The notes below the pieces were generated by a model that worked only from the letters and a program-made list of their open reading frames with translations, was not told the DNA's origin and searched no databases. Position numbers and translations under genes: made by a program. DNA of 64,000 nt. It comes from a virus. The stretch covers positions 1 to 64,000 of the IMG/VR virus record IMGVR_UViG_3300032893_000028; one strand, 5' to 3'. Shown piece after piece: positions 18,980 through 27,726 of this stretch (position 1 is its first letter; the number at the start of each line of letters is the position of its first letter).

Positions 18980-21007
18980 ATGGCCGCACGAGTCACAGCG
19001 CTCACCGTCAACGTCGGGACCGCGCAAGAGCTCGAGGTAGCCCAGGGCGAGGACCGCGACTTCCAGCTCCTGTTCAAGGACGGCGGCGTCGCGGTCGATA
19101 TGACCGGCGCGCTCGCCGTCGTCCTGTCGGTGCGCGACGCGCAGGGCGTCCTCCTTTTCGCCCGCATGTACACGGGCTTCGTCGGCGGTGACCCGACGAG
19201 CGGCAACGTCATCTTCTCCGTCCGCTCGACGGACACGATCGAGAAGTCCGCCGGGCCGTATACGGCCGACGTCGTCCTCACCCGCTCGGACAGCTCGCGC
19301 GAGCAGCTCCTCGTCTCGTCCCCCTTCGTCGTCCTCACGTCCGAATCCCTATTCGCCGACGTCGTCACCACGCCGCCGGCCGTGCCGCTCGTCTTCGGCC
19401 TCAACTGGCTCGCCGGCTTCTGGTCGGGCGGGACGTCCGGCTACAACCTCAACGACGCGGTGCAGGCGTACGATCCGACGCTCGGCGCCACCGCCGTGTC
19501 GACCTTCCGCGCCACCGCGCAGGGCATCACCCACGCACCGATCAACGCCAGCCTGCTCCAGGTAGCGACGGGGTGGGCCTACGTTGGCCAGCACGGCGGC
19601 GCGGGCGCCACCGGGCCGACCGGTCCGCGCGGCGCGACGGGGCTGGGGACCACGGGCGTGACCGGGCCGACGGGCCCGGCCGGCGTCACCGGCGCGACGG
19701 GGCCTACCGGCCCGCGGGGCAACACGGGTCCGACGGGCGCCGCCGGCCCTACCGGTGTCACGGGTGCGACGGGGCCGACTGGCCCCGCCGGGGCCACCGG
19801 CGCCACGGGTCCGACCGGTGCGCGCGGCGCCACCGGGGTCACCGGCGCGACGGGTCCGACGGGTCCGGCCGGCGTCACGGGCGCGACGGGACCTACCGGC
19901 GCCCGAGGAGCGACGGGCCCGGCGGGGGCCACAGGCGTCACGGGCGCGACGGGACCCACCGGGCCGCAGGGCGGCGTGGGACCCAAGGGCAACACCGGGC
20001 CCGCCGGTCCCGCGGGGGCCACCGGCGCTACAGGTCCGACCGGACCGCAGGGTGCCGCGGGCGCGCGCGGCAACACGGGGCCTACCGGACCGGCCGGCGC
20101 CACGGGGGCCACCGGACCTACGGGACCCGCGGGCTCCGTGGGCGCGCGCGGCAACACCGGCCCGACCGGGCCGGCGGGGGCCACCGGCGCAACGGGCCCG
20201 ACTGGGCCCCAGGGCGCCACGGGGCCCGCCACCATCAACTTCACTGGATCGCCGACGTCGTTCGTCGCGCCCGGCGGCATGATCGTCGCCTCGCCTACGT
20301 CGCTGTCTCTGGGCATCGCCGGCGACGGGCCGACCGGGCTCGCCACGCTCTTCGTCACGGCCCAGCGCATGCGCATGGCGCAGGTCGCCGGGGTGAGTTC
20401 GCTCGTCAACCCGGCCTGGCAGATCGTGGGCGCCTCGCACCGCCTCGCGCCGTCGGGCACCGAGATCTTCGACGTCAACATCGCGCTCAACGCCACGGTC
20501 GAAATCCTCGGCGGCACGGTCTCGCAGAACCGCTCGTTCATCCTGAGCCCGCGCACGATCGGCTTCGCCTCGGGCAGCTCGGGCACCGTGAACATGGCGG
20601 CCGCGCTCGCCATCAATGGCGCGCCTATCCCGGGCACCGGGGCGGCCTTTCTCGACTCGGCGGCGTTGTGGGTGCAGACGGGCATGGCCCGTCTCGACGA
20701 CCGGCTCAAGATGGGCGCGTCGGGTACCAAGCAGCTCTGGGCGGGCTCGCTCTTCCCGGGCGCCGCCAACCAACCGCTGGCGATCGGCCCGACCAATACG
20801 GCCTGGCTCGGCCTCGGGCCCACCAGCGCCGCGCTCGGCTTCTTCGGCGTCTCGGGCTGCTTCCAGCCCTCGGGCGCCGGCGTCACGGGCGGCGCCACCG
20901 GCACCACCTTCTTCGACGCCCGCTCCAACGGTGGCACGGGTAGCCAGTACTACACGCACGCCGACCTCGTCCTCGTCTTCAAGCGTCTCGGCCTACTGGC
21001 CACGTAG
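18980..21007 (+). CDS. Collagen-like fibre protein 1
   Basis: Globular N-terminus, about 70 Gly-X-Y triplets rich in GPT/GAT/GVT, globular C-terminus. Confidence 0.8.
   Translation: MAARVTALTVNVGTAQELEVAQGEDRDFQLLFKDGGVAVDMTGALAVVLSVRDAQGVLLFARMYTGFVGGDPTSGNVIFSVRSTDTIEKSAGPYTADVVLTRSDSSREQLLVSSPFVVLTSESLFADVVTTPPAVPLVFGLNWLAGFWSGGTSGYNLNDAVQAYDPTLGATAVSTFRATAQGITHAPINASLLQVATGWAYVGQHGGAGATGPTGPRGATGLGTTGVTGPTGPAGVTGATGPTGPRGNTGPTGAAGPTGVTGATGPTGPAGATGATGPTGARGATGVTGATGPTGPAGVTGATGPTGARGATGPAGATGVTGATGPTGPQGGVGPKGNTGPAGPAGATGATGPTGPQGAAGARGNTGPTGPAGATGATGPTGPAGSVGARGNTGPTGPAGATGATGPTGPQGATGPATINFTGSPTSFVAPGGMIVASPTSLSLGIAGDGPTGLATLFVTAQRMRMAQVAGVSSLVNPAWQIVGASHRLAPSGTEIFDVNIALNATVEILGGTVSQNRSFILSPRTIGFASGSSGTVNMAAALAINGAPIPGTGAAFLDSAALWVQTGMARLDDRLKMGASGTKQLWAGSLFPGAANQPLAIGPTNTAWLGLGPTSAALGFFGVSGCFQPSGAGVTGGATGTTFFDARSNGGTGSQYYTHADLVLVFKRLGLLAT
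19604..20229 (+). repeat. Collagen Gly-X-Thr repeat tract
   Basis: [12 protein letters not shown]-type triplets. Confidence 0.9.
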
Positions 21008-21050
21008 CCCACAGCGCGAAAATTTTCGCCTTGCGCTGATTCTGCGCGCC

Positions 21051-21428
21051 GTGACACATTCGAGTCACGTGGCGCCGTTTCCAGATTTTCTCGACGAGAA
21101 AGAAGACTATGAGGGGGCGGACCTCACCAAGAACAAGGTCGTGCACGTCCGGCTGCTCCCCATTACGTGGGTGTGGGTGCGATACGAGGCGCGGCGCTGC
21201 AAGCTGCGGCCCTCCGAGTGGGTGCGCGAGGCCATCCTCAACTACGACGATGAGGCCGCCACCGATTTGATCATCAAGGACAAGGTGCTGCACGTGCGCG
21301 TGGACAGCGAGCAGTGGGCGCACCTGCAGAAGGCGGCCCGGGGGGCGGACCGGCGCGCCGCCGACGTCATCCGCCGGGCCATCAACCAGCGGCTGCTCGC
21401 CAGCGGCGACGACAAGGGGAAGAAATGA
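21051..21428 (+). CDS. Tandem ribbon-helix-helix regulator (start uncertain, 21051 or 21069)
   Basis: Two KV.HVR...W......A......S/A..IR.AI units. Confidence 0.6.
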   Translation: MTHSSHVAPFPDFLDEKEDYEGADLTKNKVVHVRLLPITWVWVRYEARRCKLRPSEWVREAILNYDDEAATDLIIKDKVLHVRVDSEQWAHLQKAARGADRRAADVIRRAINQRLLASGDDKGKK

Positions 21429-24202
21429 GCATCGAGCTCTCGATCGCGATCATCGCCAAGGACGAGGAGCAGAATCTGGACGCGGCCCTCGCCTCCGTCA
21501 AGGGGTGCGCCGACGAGATCATCGTCGTCGACACGGGCTCGACCGACAACACGACGGCGGTGGCCGAGCGCCACGGCGCGCGCGTGGCGCTGTTCACGCC
21601 CGAGACCGACCCCGACGCGTTCTTCCGCGACGACGAGGCGACCTGCGCCGCCTTCGGCGTGCCGCCGCCGTATTCGGGCGAGGTCATGCTGGGGGACTTT
21701 GGCGCCGCCCGGCGCAAGTCCTTCTCGCTGGCGCGCGGCGAGTTCGTCTACTGGATGGACTCGGACGACGTGGTCGAGGGGGCGCCGAACCTGCGCGGCA
21801 TCGTGCAGCAGATGCGCGCGGCCAACCTGGACCTCGGCTTCCTCGCCTACGACTACGCGCGCGACGCCCAGGAGCGGACCTTCTACCGGCAATGGCGCGA
21901 ACGCGTCGTGCGCGCCGGCGCCGCCGTGTGGGTCAACCCCGTGCACGAGGTGCTCATGCCGACGCGCCCGGTGCAGTCGGCGCGCTTCGAGGGTGTGCTC
22001 AACGTCCACCGGCGCAAGGTCGACCGCAAGTCGGTGCCCAACCGCAACTACAAGATCCTTCTCCGCCAGCTCGCGCGCGACCGGGCGACCGGCGCCGTGG
22101 TCGACCCGCGCACGCTCTTCTATCTCGGGCAGGAGGCGCGCTGGATCGAGCCGCACAGGTCGCGTGAGTTCTACGAGGACTACCTCAAGCGATCAGGCTG
22201 GTGCGAGGAGCGCGCGGCGGCGCACGTGGCGCTCGGCTCGATGTACGAGTTCGGCCAATTCGGCGGAACCCCCGAGGAGTCCTACGCCAAGGCCGATATG
22301 CACTTCGCCGCGGCGGCGGCGGAGATGGCCGACAACCCCGACGGGTTCTTCGGGCTGGCGCGCATCGCGTACCTGCGCGGACGTTACGCCGACTGCGTCT
22401 CGTACACCGAGCGGGCGCAGAAGATCGGCAACACCGAGTCCATGCTTGGCGCCAACCCGCTCGACCGCACCTACCGCCCGCACGTCTACCTCAACCACGC
22501 CCTGGCTAAGCTCGGCCGAACCGAGGAGGCGATCGCGAGCTGCGAGGCCGCGCTCAAGGTGTGCCCCGAGGACCCGGGCGTCCCCGGCGGCGCGCCGGGC
22601 ATGATCAAGCACAACCTCGCCGTCTACCAGGCCGAGCTCGCCGCGCGCCGCGCGCCGGCTGCGCCCGCGCCCCAGAAGGCCATGGTCGAGTTCACCAAGT
22701 TCGAGGACCTCGACGCGCCGCCCGTGCAGCAGAACCCCGACGCCTATGTGATTTACGCCATGCAGCTCTGGAAGCAGTGCGCGGCGTGCGGCGACGAGGC
22801 GGGCGCGCGCGGGGCGGTGGCGGCGGCGCGCTGGACGGGCGACGCGGTGGTCGAGCGCATGCGCGCGGCGACGGAGCGGCGATGGCCGGCGCGCAATTCC
22901 CACATGGGCCCGACGCTCGATAGCTTCCTATGTGAAGAAGGAATCAAGGACGATGTCGACAAGCTAACGAAGATGAAGCTCGATGAAGTGAAGCTCTACG
23001 AGGCACGTGAAATCGTTCGGCAGTACAAAACCAACGATAGGCAGCGCGTCGCCTTCTGGGTCGGCCCCTCGGTCGAGCCCTGGGATCCGAACACGCCGAA
23101 CACGCGCGGCATCGGCGGCAGTGAGACGGCGTGCGTCGAGCTGGCGCGCGAATTGGCCGCGCTCGGGCATGAGGTGACGGTCTACGGCGATTTACCGAAT
23201 GGTGCGGCGCACCCGGTCGGGTACTCGATCGGCTTCAATGGCGTGCACTATGTCCATTGGCAGAACGCCCGCGCGCCCATCGAGTGCGACGTCTTCATCT
23301 CCTCGCGCCAGGCTGCCATCATGGAGCGCCCCGACGACGTGCGCGCGAGGGTCAAGCTTCTTTGGGTGCACGACGTCAACGTCGGCCCCGACTCGCCGCA
23401 GATGCAGCGCTGGCTCCTCCGCTTCGACCGCGTCCTGTGCCTGAGCGAGTGGCACCGCGGGTACTTCCTATCGTGCTACCCCGGCCTCGACCCGGCCAAG
23501 GTGCTCGTCACGCGCAACGGGATCGATCCTGCGCGCTTTCGAGTGAAGGGCTTCTCCGATGATGAAGGATTGCTGTTCAAGCAGAACCATCTCGTCTTCT
23601 CGTCGTCGCCCAACCGTGGCCTCGACACGCTCGTGCTCAACTTCCCGCACATCAAGGCGCGCGTGCCCGACGCGGAGCTACACGTGATGTATGGGTTCGA
23701 CACGTGGGAGGCGTTCGCGCGAGCGCGCGGCGACCAAGGCGAGCTCGAGCAAATTCGGCAGTTCAAACAATTCCTGAGCGACCGCGCGCATCCGGGCAGT
23801 GGCATTCATCTACACGGACGAGTCTCGCAGCAGGTGCTCGCGGAAGCGCTCATGCGCGCCAAGATTCGACCGCACTGGACGCAGTTCACCGAGACGTCCT
23901 GCATCTCCATGATGGAAGCGATGGCGGCCGGCTGCGTGCCCATCGTCTCGCGCGTCGCCGCTCTCCCCGAGACGGTGAAGCACGGCGTGTTCGTGGATAC
24001 GCCGCAGCAATTCGTCGACGAGTGCGTGCGCCTCTTGACCGACGAAAACTACCGTCGCCCGATCGCGGAAGCGGGCCGGCAATACGCGCTCGCCAACTTG
24101 TCATGGAAGTCTCTGGCGGCGGAGTGGTCGGAGATGTTCAAGCGAGTCGATGGCGAGCTGGCGATGGACCCGCTGCCAAAGTACATGGAAGTTGGAAAGT
24201 GA
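21425..24202 (+). CDS. Glycosyltransferase: GT2 + TPR + GT4-like domains
   Basis: IIAKDEE, VVDTGSTD, WMDSDD, VHE; TPR-like helices; GGSE, WVHD, SSSPNRGL, ETSCISMMEAMAAG. Confidence 0.9.
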   Translation: MSIELSIAIIAKDEEQNLDAALASVKGCADEIIVVDTGSTDNTTAVAERHGARVALFTPETDPDAFFRDDEATCAAFGVPPPYSGEVMLGDFGAARRKSFSLARGEFVYWMDSDDVVEGAPNLRGIVQQMRAANLDLGFLAYDYARDAQERTFYRQWRERVVRAGAAVWVNPVHEVLMPTRPVQSARFEGVLNVHRRKVDRKSVPNRNYKILLRQLARDRATGAVVDPRTLFYLGQEARWIEPHRSREFYEDYLKRSGWCEERAAAHVALGSMYEFGQFGGTPEESYAKADMHFAAAAAEMADNPDGFFGLARIAYLRGRYADCVSYTERAQKIGNTESMLGANPLDRTYRPHVYLNHALAKLGRTEEAIASCEAALKVCPEDPGVPGGAPGMIKHNLAVYQAELAARRAPAAPAPQKAMVEFTKFEDLDAPPVQQNPDAYVIYAMQLWKQCAACGDEAGARGAVAAARWTGDAVVERMRAATERRWPARNSHMGPTLDSFLCEEGIKDDVDKLTKMKLDEVKLYEAREIVRQYKTNDRQRVAFWVGPSVEPWDPNTPNTRGIGGSETACVELARELAALGHEVTVYGDLPNGAAHPVGYSIGFNGVHYVHWQNARAPIECDVFISSRQAAIMERPDDVRARVKLLWVHDVNVGPDSPQMQRWLLRFDRVLCLSEWHRGYFLSCYPGLDPAKVLVTRNGIDPARFRVKGFSDDEGLLFKQNHLVFSSSPNRGLDTLVLNFPHIKARVPDAELHVMYGFDTWEAFARARGDQGELEQIRQFKQFLSDRAHPGSGIHLHGRVSQQVLAEALMRAKIRPHWTQFTETSCISMMEAMAAGCVPIVSRVAALPETVKHGVFVDTPQQFVDECVRLLTDENYRRPIAEAGRQYALANLSWKSLAAEWSEMFKRVDGELAMDPLPKYMEVGK

Positions 24203-24699
24203 GACCGACAGTAGACGAACGCTTCGACGCTAAATGGATACCAGAACCAAATACTGGGTGCTTTCTTTGGTTCGCTGCGCGCGACAAGGATGGTTACGGT
24301 ATTTTCTGGGATGGCGAGAAGGACGCAAAAGCGCATCGTCATGCTTTAGAGAAAACAGGGGTTCATATTCCTGCGAATAAGCTGGTTTGTCATCGATGCG
24401 ACACGCCTGAATGCGTCAACCCGGAGCATCTGTGGATCGGCACGGCAGGAGACAATAACCAAGATGCGGCGCGTAAAGGCCGTTCCGCGAGTGGAAATCG
24501 AAACGCTTCACGCGCGCGACCAGAAACGCGCCCGCGTGGCACTTCGCACTATATGGCCAAGCTCTCCGCGAATGATGTCTTAGAGATTCGTAGACGTTTC
24601 GATGCGGGTGAAGCGCATAACTCAATAGCTCGTGACTTCGGCATCGGACGCAATAACGTCAGCGAAATCGGTCGCCGTAAGACCTGGAGGCATCTATGA
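24199..24699 (+). CDS. Free-standing HNH homing endonuclease
   Basis: EPNTGC, AHR, VCHRCDTPECVNPEHLWIGT..DN; C-terminal HTH; low GC. Confidence 0.88.
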   Translation: MRPTVDERFDAKWIPEPNTGCFLWFAARDKDGYGIFWDGEKDAKAHRHALEKTGVHIPANKLVCHRCDTPECVNPEHLWIGTAGDNNQDAARKGRSASGNRNASRARPETRPRGTSHYMAKLSANDVLEIRRRFDAGEAHNSIARDFGIGRNNVSEIGRRKTWRHL

Positions 24700-25760
24700 G
24701 AATCCTCATCACCGGCGGCCTCGGCTGCATCGGCTCGCAGATCGCGCGCTCGTATCTCGACGAGAGGCACGAGGTCGTTCTCATTGACTCGTGCGAGGAA
24801 GCGCGCAACGAATGGATTTATCAAAAATTCATAAATTACGCCGATCAAACTACCGTGTATGTCGGACGCATGGAGCATCGGGATACGGAATCGTGGATAC
24901 ATCAGATATTGCCTTCATGCGACGCTGTCATCCACGCCGCCGCGTCCACCGGCATCCCGCACTCGGCCTTGCACCCGGACGACGACTGGGCCTCGAACGT
25001 CGACGCCACCAAGGTGCTGCTCGACGCGCTCCGCGAGCGCCCCGTGCCGACGGTGGTGCTCTCTAGCGTGAAGCCTTATCGCACGACTTTCGGAGGCCCG
25101 GTCTGCGAATCTATCGACGGAGGGGGCATTCGTTTGCGCATGAACGCGTCGCAAGCGGACGAGATGCAAGCCCACGGCGGCCTCCGCGAGGACGACCCAC
25201 TCGAGCCCGACGAGCCCTACGCCGCGTCGAAGGCGGCGCAGTCCATGCTCGCGATGGCCTGGGCGCGGTCGTACGACTTGCCCATCGTCACGCTGCGCTG
25301 CTCCAACCTCTACGGCCCGGCGCCGTGCCACGGCCCGCGCCATGGCTGGCTGACGTGGTTCTGCATCGCCGCCGCCATCGGCCGACCCATCGAAGTGCAG
25401 GGCGGTGGCGCGCAGGCGCGCGACATGCTTTTCGGCTCGGACGTCGCCGCGGCGTGCCGGGTGGCGCTCGCCAACGCGCCTGCGCTCGCCGGCAAGGTCT
25501 TCAACATTGGCGGCGGGCGCGCGAACGTGACTAGCGTGCGGCGCATGGCCACCAAGATCCAGGGCATGACTGGGTGCGAGGTGGTCGAGGGTCCCGGGCG
25601 CAGGCACGAGGATCAGCTCGTCTTCGTCGACCACTCGCGCTTCACGGAGGCGACGGGGTGGCGGCCGCTGGTCGACGTCGAGGAGGGTTCCGACCGCGTG
25701 CTTGCCTGGGCGGAGGAGAACGCGGATGAGCTCAAGAAGGTCTACGAGGGGGTCAAGTAG
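24696..25760 (+). CDS. NAD-dependent nucleotide-sugar epimerase/dehydratase (CDP-paratose epimerase-like)
   Basis: ITGGLGCIG, YAASK, NLYGP, GWLTWF and QARD motifs. Confidence 0.85.
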   Translation: MRILITGGLGCIGSQIARSYLDERHEVVLIDSCEEARNEWIYQKFINYADQTTVYVGRMEHRDTESWIHQILPSCDAVIHAAASTGIPHSALHPDDDWASNVDATKVLLDALRERPVPTVVLSSVKPYRTTFGGPVCESIDGGGIRLRMNASQADEMQAHGGLREDDPLEPDEPYAASKAAQSMLAMAWARSYDLPIVTLRCSNLYGPAPCHGPRHGWLTWFCIAAAIGRPIEVQGGGAQARDMLFGSDVAAACRVALANAPALAGKVFNIGGGRANVTSVRRMATKIQGMTGCEVVEGPGRRHEDQLVFVDHSRFTEATGWRPLVDVEEGSDRVLAWAEENADELKKVYEGVK

Positions 25761-25928
25761 ATGCGTGTTCTCGCGCTCTCGTATAACGCCCGTGGCGAGA
25801 TGCTGAGGCGCTCGGGCGACAAGCTCATCGTGGTCCGTCTCGACAATGGCAAAACGGTCTATGAATCCGTCGCGCGATGTATCCCACAAGACGACGAGGC
25901 CAAGAAATTTCTAGCGGAGGGGAAATGA
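25761..25928 (+). CDS. Small hypothetical protein (55 aa)
   Basis: Abuts the epimerase stop; ATGA overlap with the next gene. Confidence 0.5.
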   Translation: MRVLALSYNARGEMLRRSGDKLIVVRLDNGKTVYESVARCIPQDDEAKKFLAEGK

Positions 25929-26728
25929 GAAAGATCGGAATCGTGGGCGTCGGCTTCGTCGGCGGCGCCGTTTCGCGCTATTTCAAGGGGGACTCGCGCT
26001 TCGCCGTCGTCGAGCACGACCCGGCCAAGGGGCTCGACGGCGACCTGTCGGACGTCGACGTCGCATTCGTCTGCGTCCCGACGCCGTTCGGGCCGAGCGG
26101 CTTCGACGACTCCTACGTGCGCGCGGCGGTGGCGGCCATCCCTGGCTCCAAGGTGGTCGCGGTCAAGTCCACCGTGCTGCCCGGCACGACCGACCGGCTG
26201 CAGGCCGACAACCCGCGCCACAAGGTGCTCTTCAACCCCGAGTTTCTGCGCGAGCGCTGCGCCTACGAGGACTTCATCAAGCCCGACCGGCAGGTCGTGG
26301 GCTGCGGCGCCGACCAGGCCAACATCGCCAACGAGCTGCTCGACATCCTGCCGCCGGCGCCGTTCGCCACCATCGCCACGCGCAAGCAGGCGGAGCTGGT
26401 CAAGTACTTCTCCAACTGCTACCTGTCCATGCGCGTCACCTTCGCCAACCAGATCTACGACATCTGCGACAAGCTCGGCGTGTCGTACGAGGAGGTCAAG
26501 CGCATGGCGGAAGCGGACCCGCGCGTCGGCGGGGGCTACCTGGAGGTCGCCACCGACGGCTACCGCGGCTACGGTGGGACATGCTTCCCCAAGGATATGC
26601 GCGCGCTCATCCAGCTCGGCCGCGCGCTGGGCGCGCCGCAGCGCGTGCTCGAGGCGTGCGAGGACGTGAACAACGACTTGCTACGCGCGGGCGGACGCGC
26701 GGAGTGGCTGCCGCCGAAGGAGAAGTAA
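25925..26728 (+). CDS. ugd: UDP-glucose/GDP-mannose 6-dehydrogenase family (short form lacking the C-terminal domain)
   Basis: GVGFVG, VCVPTP, KSTVLPG, FNPEFLRE, AELVKY and GYGGTCFPKD motifs. Confidence 0.88.
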   Translation: MRKIGIVGVGFVGGAVSRYFKGDSRFAVVEHDPAKGLDGDLSDVDVAFVCVPTPFGPSGFDDSYVRAAVAAIPGSKVVAVKSTVLPGTTDRLQADNPRHKVLFNPEFLRERCAYEDFIKPDRQVVGCGADQANIANELLDILPPAPFATIATRKQAELVKYFSNCYLSMRVTFANQIYDICDKLGVSYEEVKRMAEADPRVGGGYLEVATDGYRGYGGTCFPKDMRALIQLGRALGAPQRVLEACEDVNNDLLRAGGRAEWLPPKEK

Positions 26729-26947
26729 ATGCGTCGCATCACGATCGCCGGCGAGAAGTGGTGGTGGGCCGTTCGTAAAGAGCCCGATTATTCGGAATAC
26801 ACGCCCTGTAATTTGCGCACTATGACGCTCCAGGGGCCCGACGGATATCGTCGATCGTTTACGCTCGATTATGATACGTCGCCTGTGACGCCCTCAAAGG
26901 TGGCGAATATCATCCGCGAGAAGAAAGCGACTTGGCCATGCGTTTGA
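26729..26947 (+). CDS. Hypothetical protein
   Basis: 72 aa, lower GC, abuts neighbours. Confidence 0.5.
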   Translation: MRRITIAGEKWWWAVRKEPDYSEYTPCNLRTMTLQGPDGYRRSFTLDYDTSPVTPSKVANIIREKKATWPCV

Positions 26948-27546
26948 ATCTCGCCTCGGGCACCGACATTCGCGACGGCTGGGTCAACCTCGACGTCGTC
27001 GAGAAGTGGCCGCTGGCGCGGCGCGGCTGCGATGTCGTCTGGGACGCGCGCTCGCAGGCCATCCCGTTTCCCGACGGCAGCGCCAACGAGATCTACGCGG
27101 GCTACCTCCTGCTCCATCTCGCGCCGCACCACCACGGCCGCGTGCTCGACGACATCCGCCGCGTGCTGCGCGTCGGCGGTCGGCTGGTCGTGGGCGAGGT
27201 GGACATGCGCGAGGTAATGCGCCGGTGGTTGGCCGACCCGCGCGACGCGCGGCTGGCGGAGCTGGTCTGGGGCGAGCAGGGCGCGTTGCCACCGCGCAAC
27301 TGTCTCATCTGCCAGGCGTCCGAAGCGCGGATGCGGCATGAAGGCAAAATGGGCTATGTCATGTGCGGCGAATGCCTGGCGCACGAGGAGCAGGCGCGCC
27401 TTGCCGACTTCGACAAGCATTGCCACGGCTACACCGAGGAGACGCTGCGCGAGGCGTTGGCGGCGCACGGCTTCCCGTTGGCGCGGCGGATCAACGTCCA
27501 CGGGCCGGCCGTTTGGTACGAGCTCACCCTCGAGGCTTTCAAATAA
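26938..27546 (+). CDS. Class I SAM-dependent methyltransferase
   Basis: LNLASG, GWVNLD, IPFPDGS and RRVLRVGG motifs; CxxC...CxxC insert. Confidence 0.8.
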   Translation: MRLNLASGTDIRDGWVNLDVVEKWPLARRGCDVVWDARSQAIPFPDGSANEIYAGYLLLHLAPHHHGRVLDDIRRVLRVGGRLVVGEVDMREVMRRWLADPRDARLAELVWGEQGALPPRNCLICQASEARMRHEGKMGYVMCGECLAHEEQARLADFDKHCHGYTEETLREALAAHGFPLARRINVHGPAVWYELTLEAFK

Positions 27547-27726
27547 ATGGGTCGACATAAATCGAAAAATCCGAAGGAAACGCACATCGGCATTCGTGTC
27601 GATAAGGCGCTGGACGCGGCCATCACGGCCGAAGGGAAGCGAATCGAGCGCGAGTTAGGACTCACGCTCAAGAAGTCGGACATCGTGCGGATGCTGATTC
27701 AGCGCACATTGGGAGCTAAGCGATGA
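27547..27726 (+). CDS. Ribbon-helix-helix DNA-binding protein (59 aa)
   Basis: HIGIRVDKALDAAI...KKSDIVRMLI; too short for the ORF track. Confidence 0.65.
   Translation: MGRHKSKNPKETHIGIRVDKALDAAITAEGKRIERELGLTLKKSDIVRMLIQRTLGAKR

Noticed and set aside
19579-20937. Antisense Pro-Val-Gly repeat proteins
   Set aside because: These are the reverse complement of the collagen codons.
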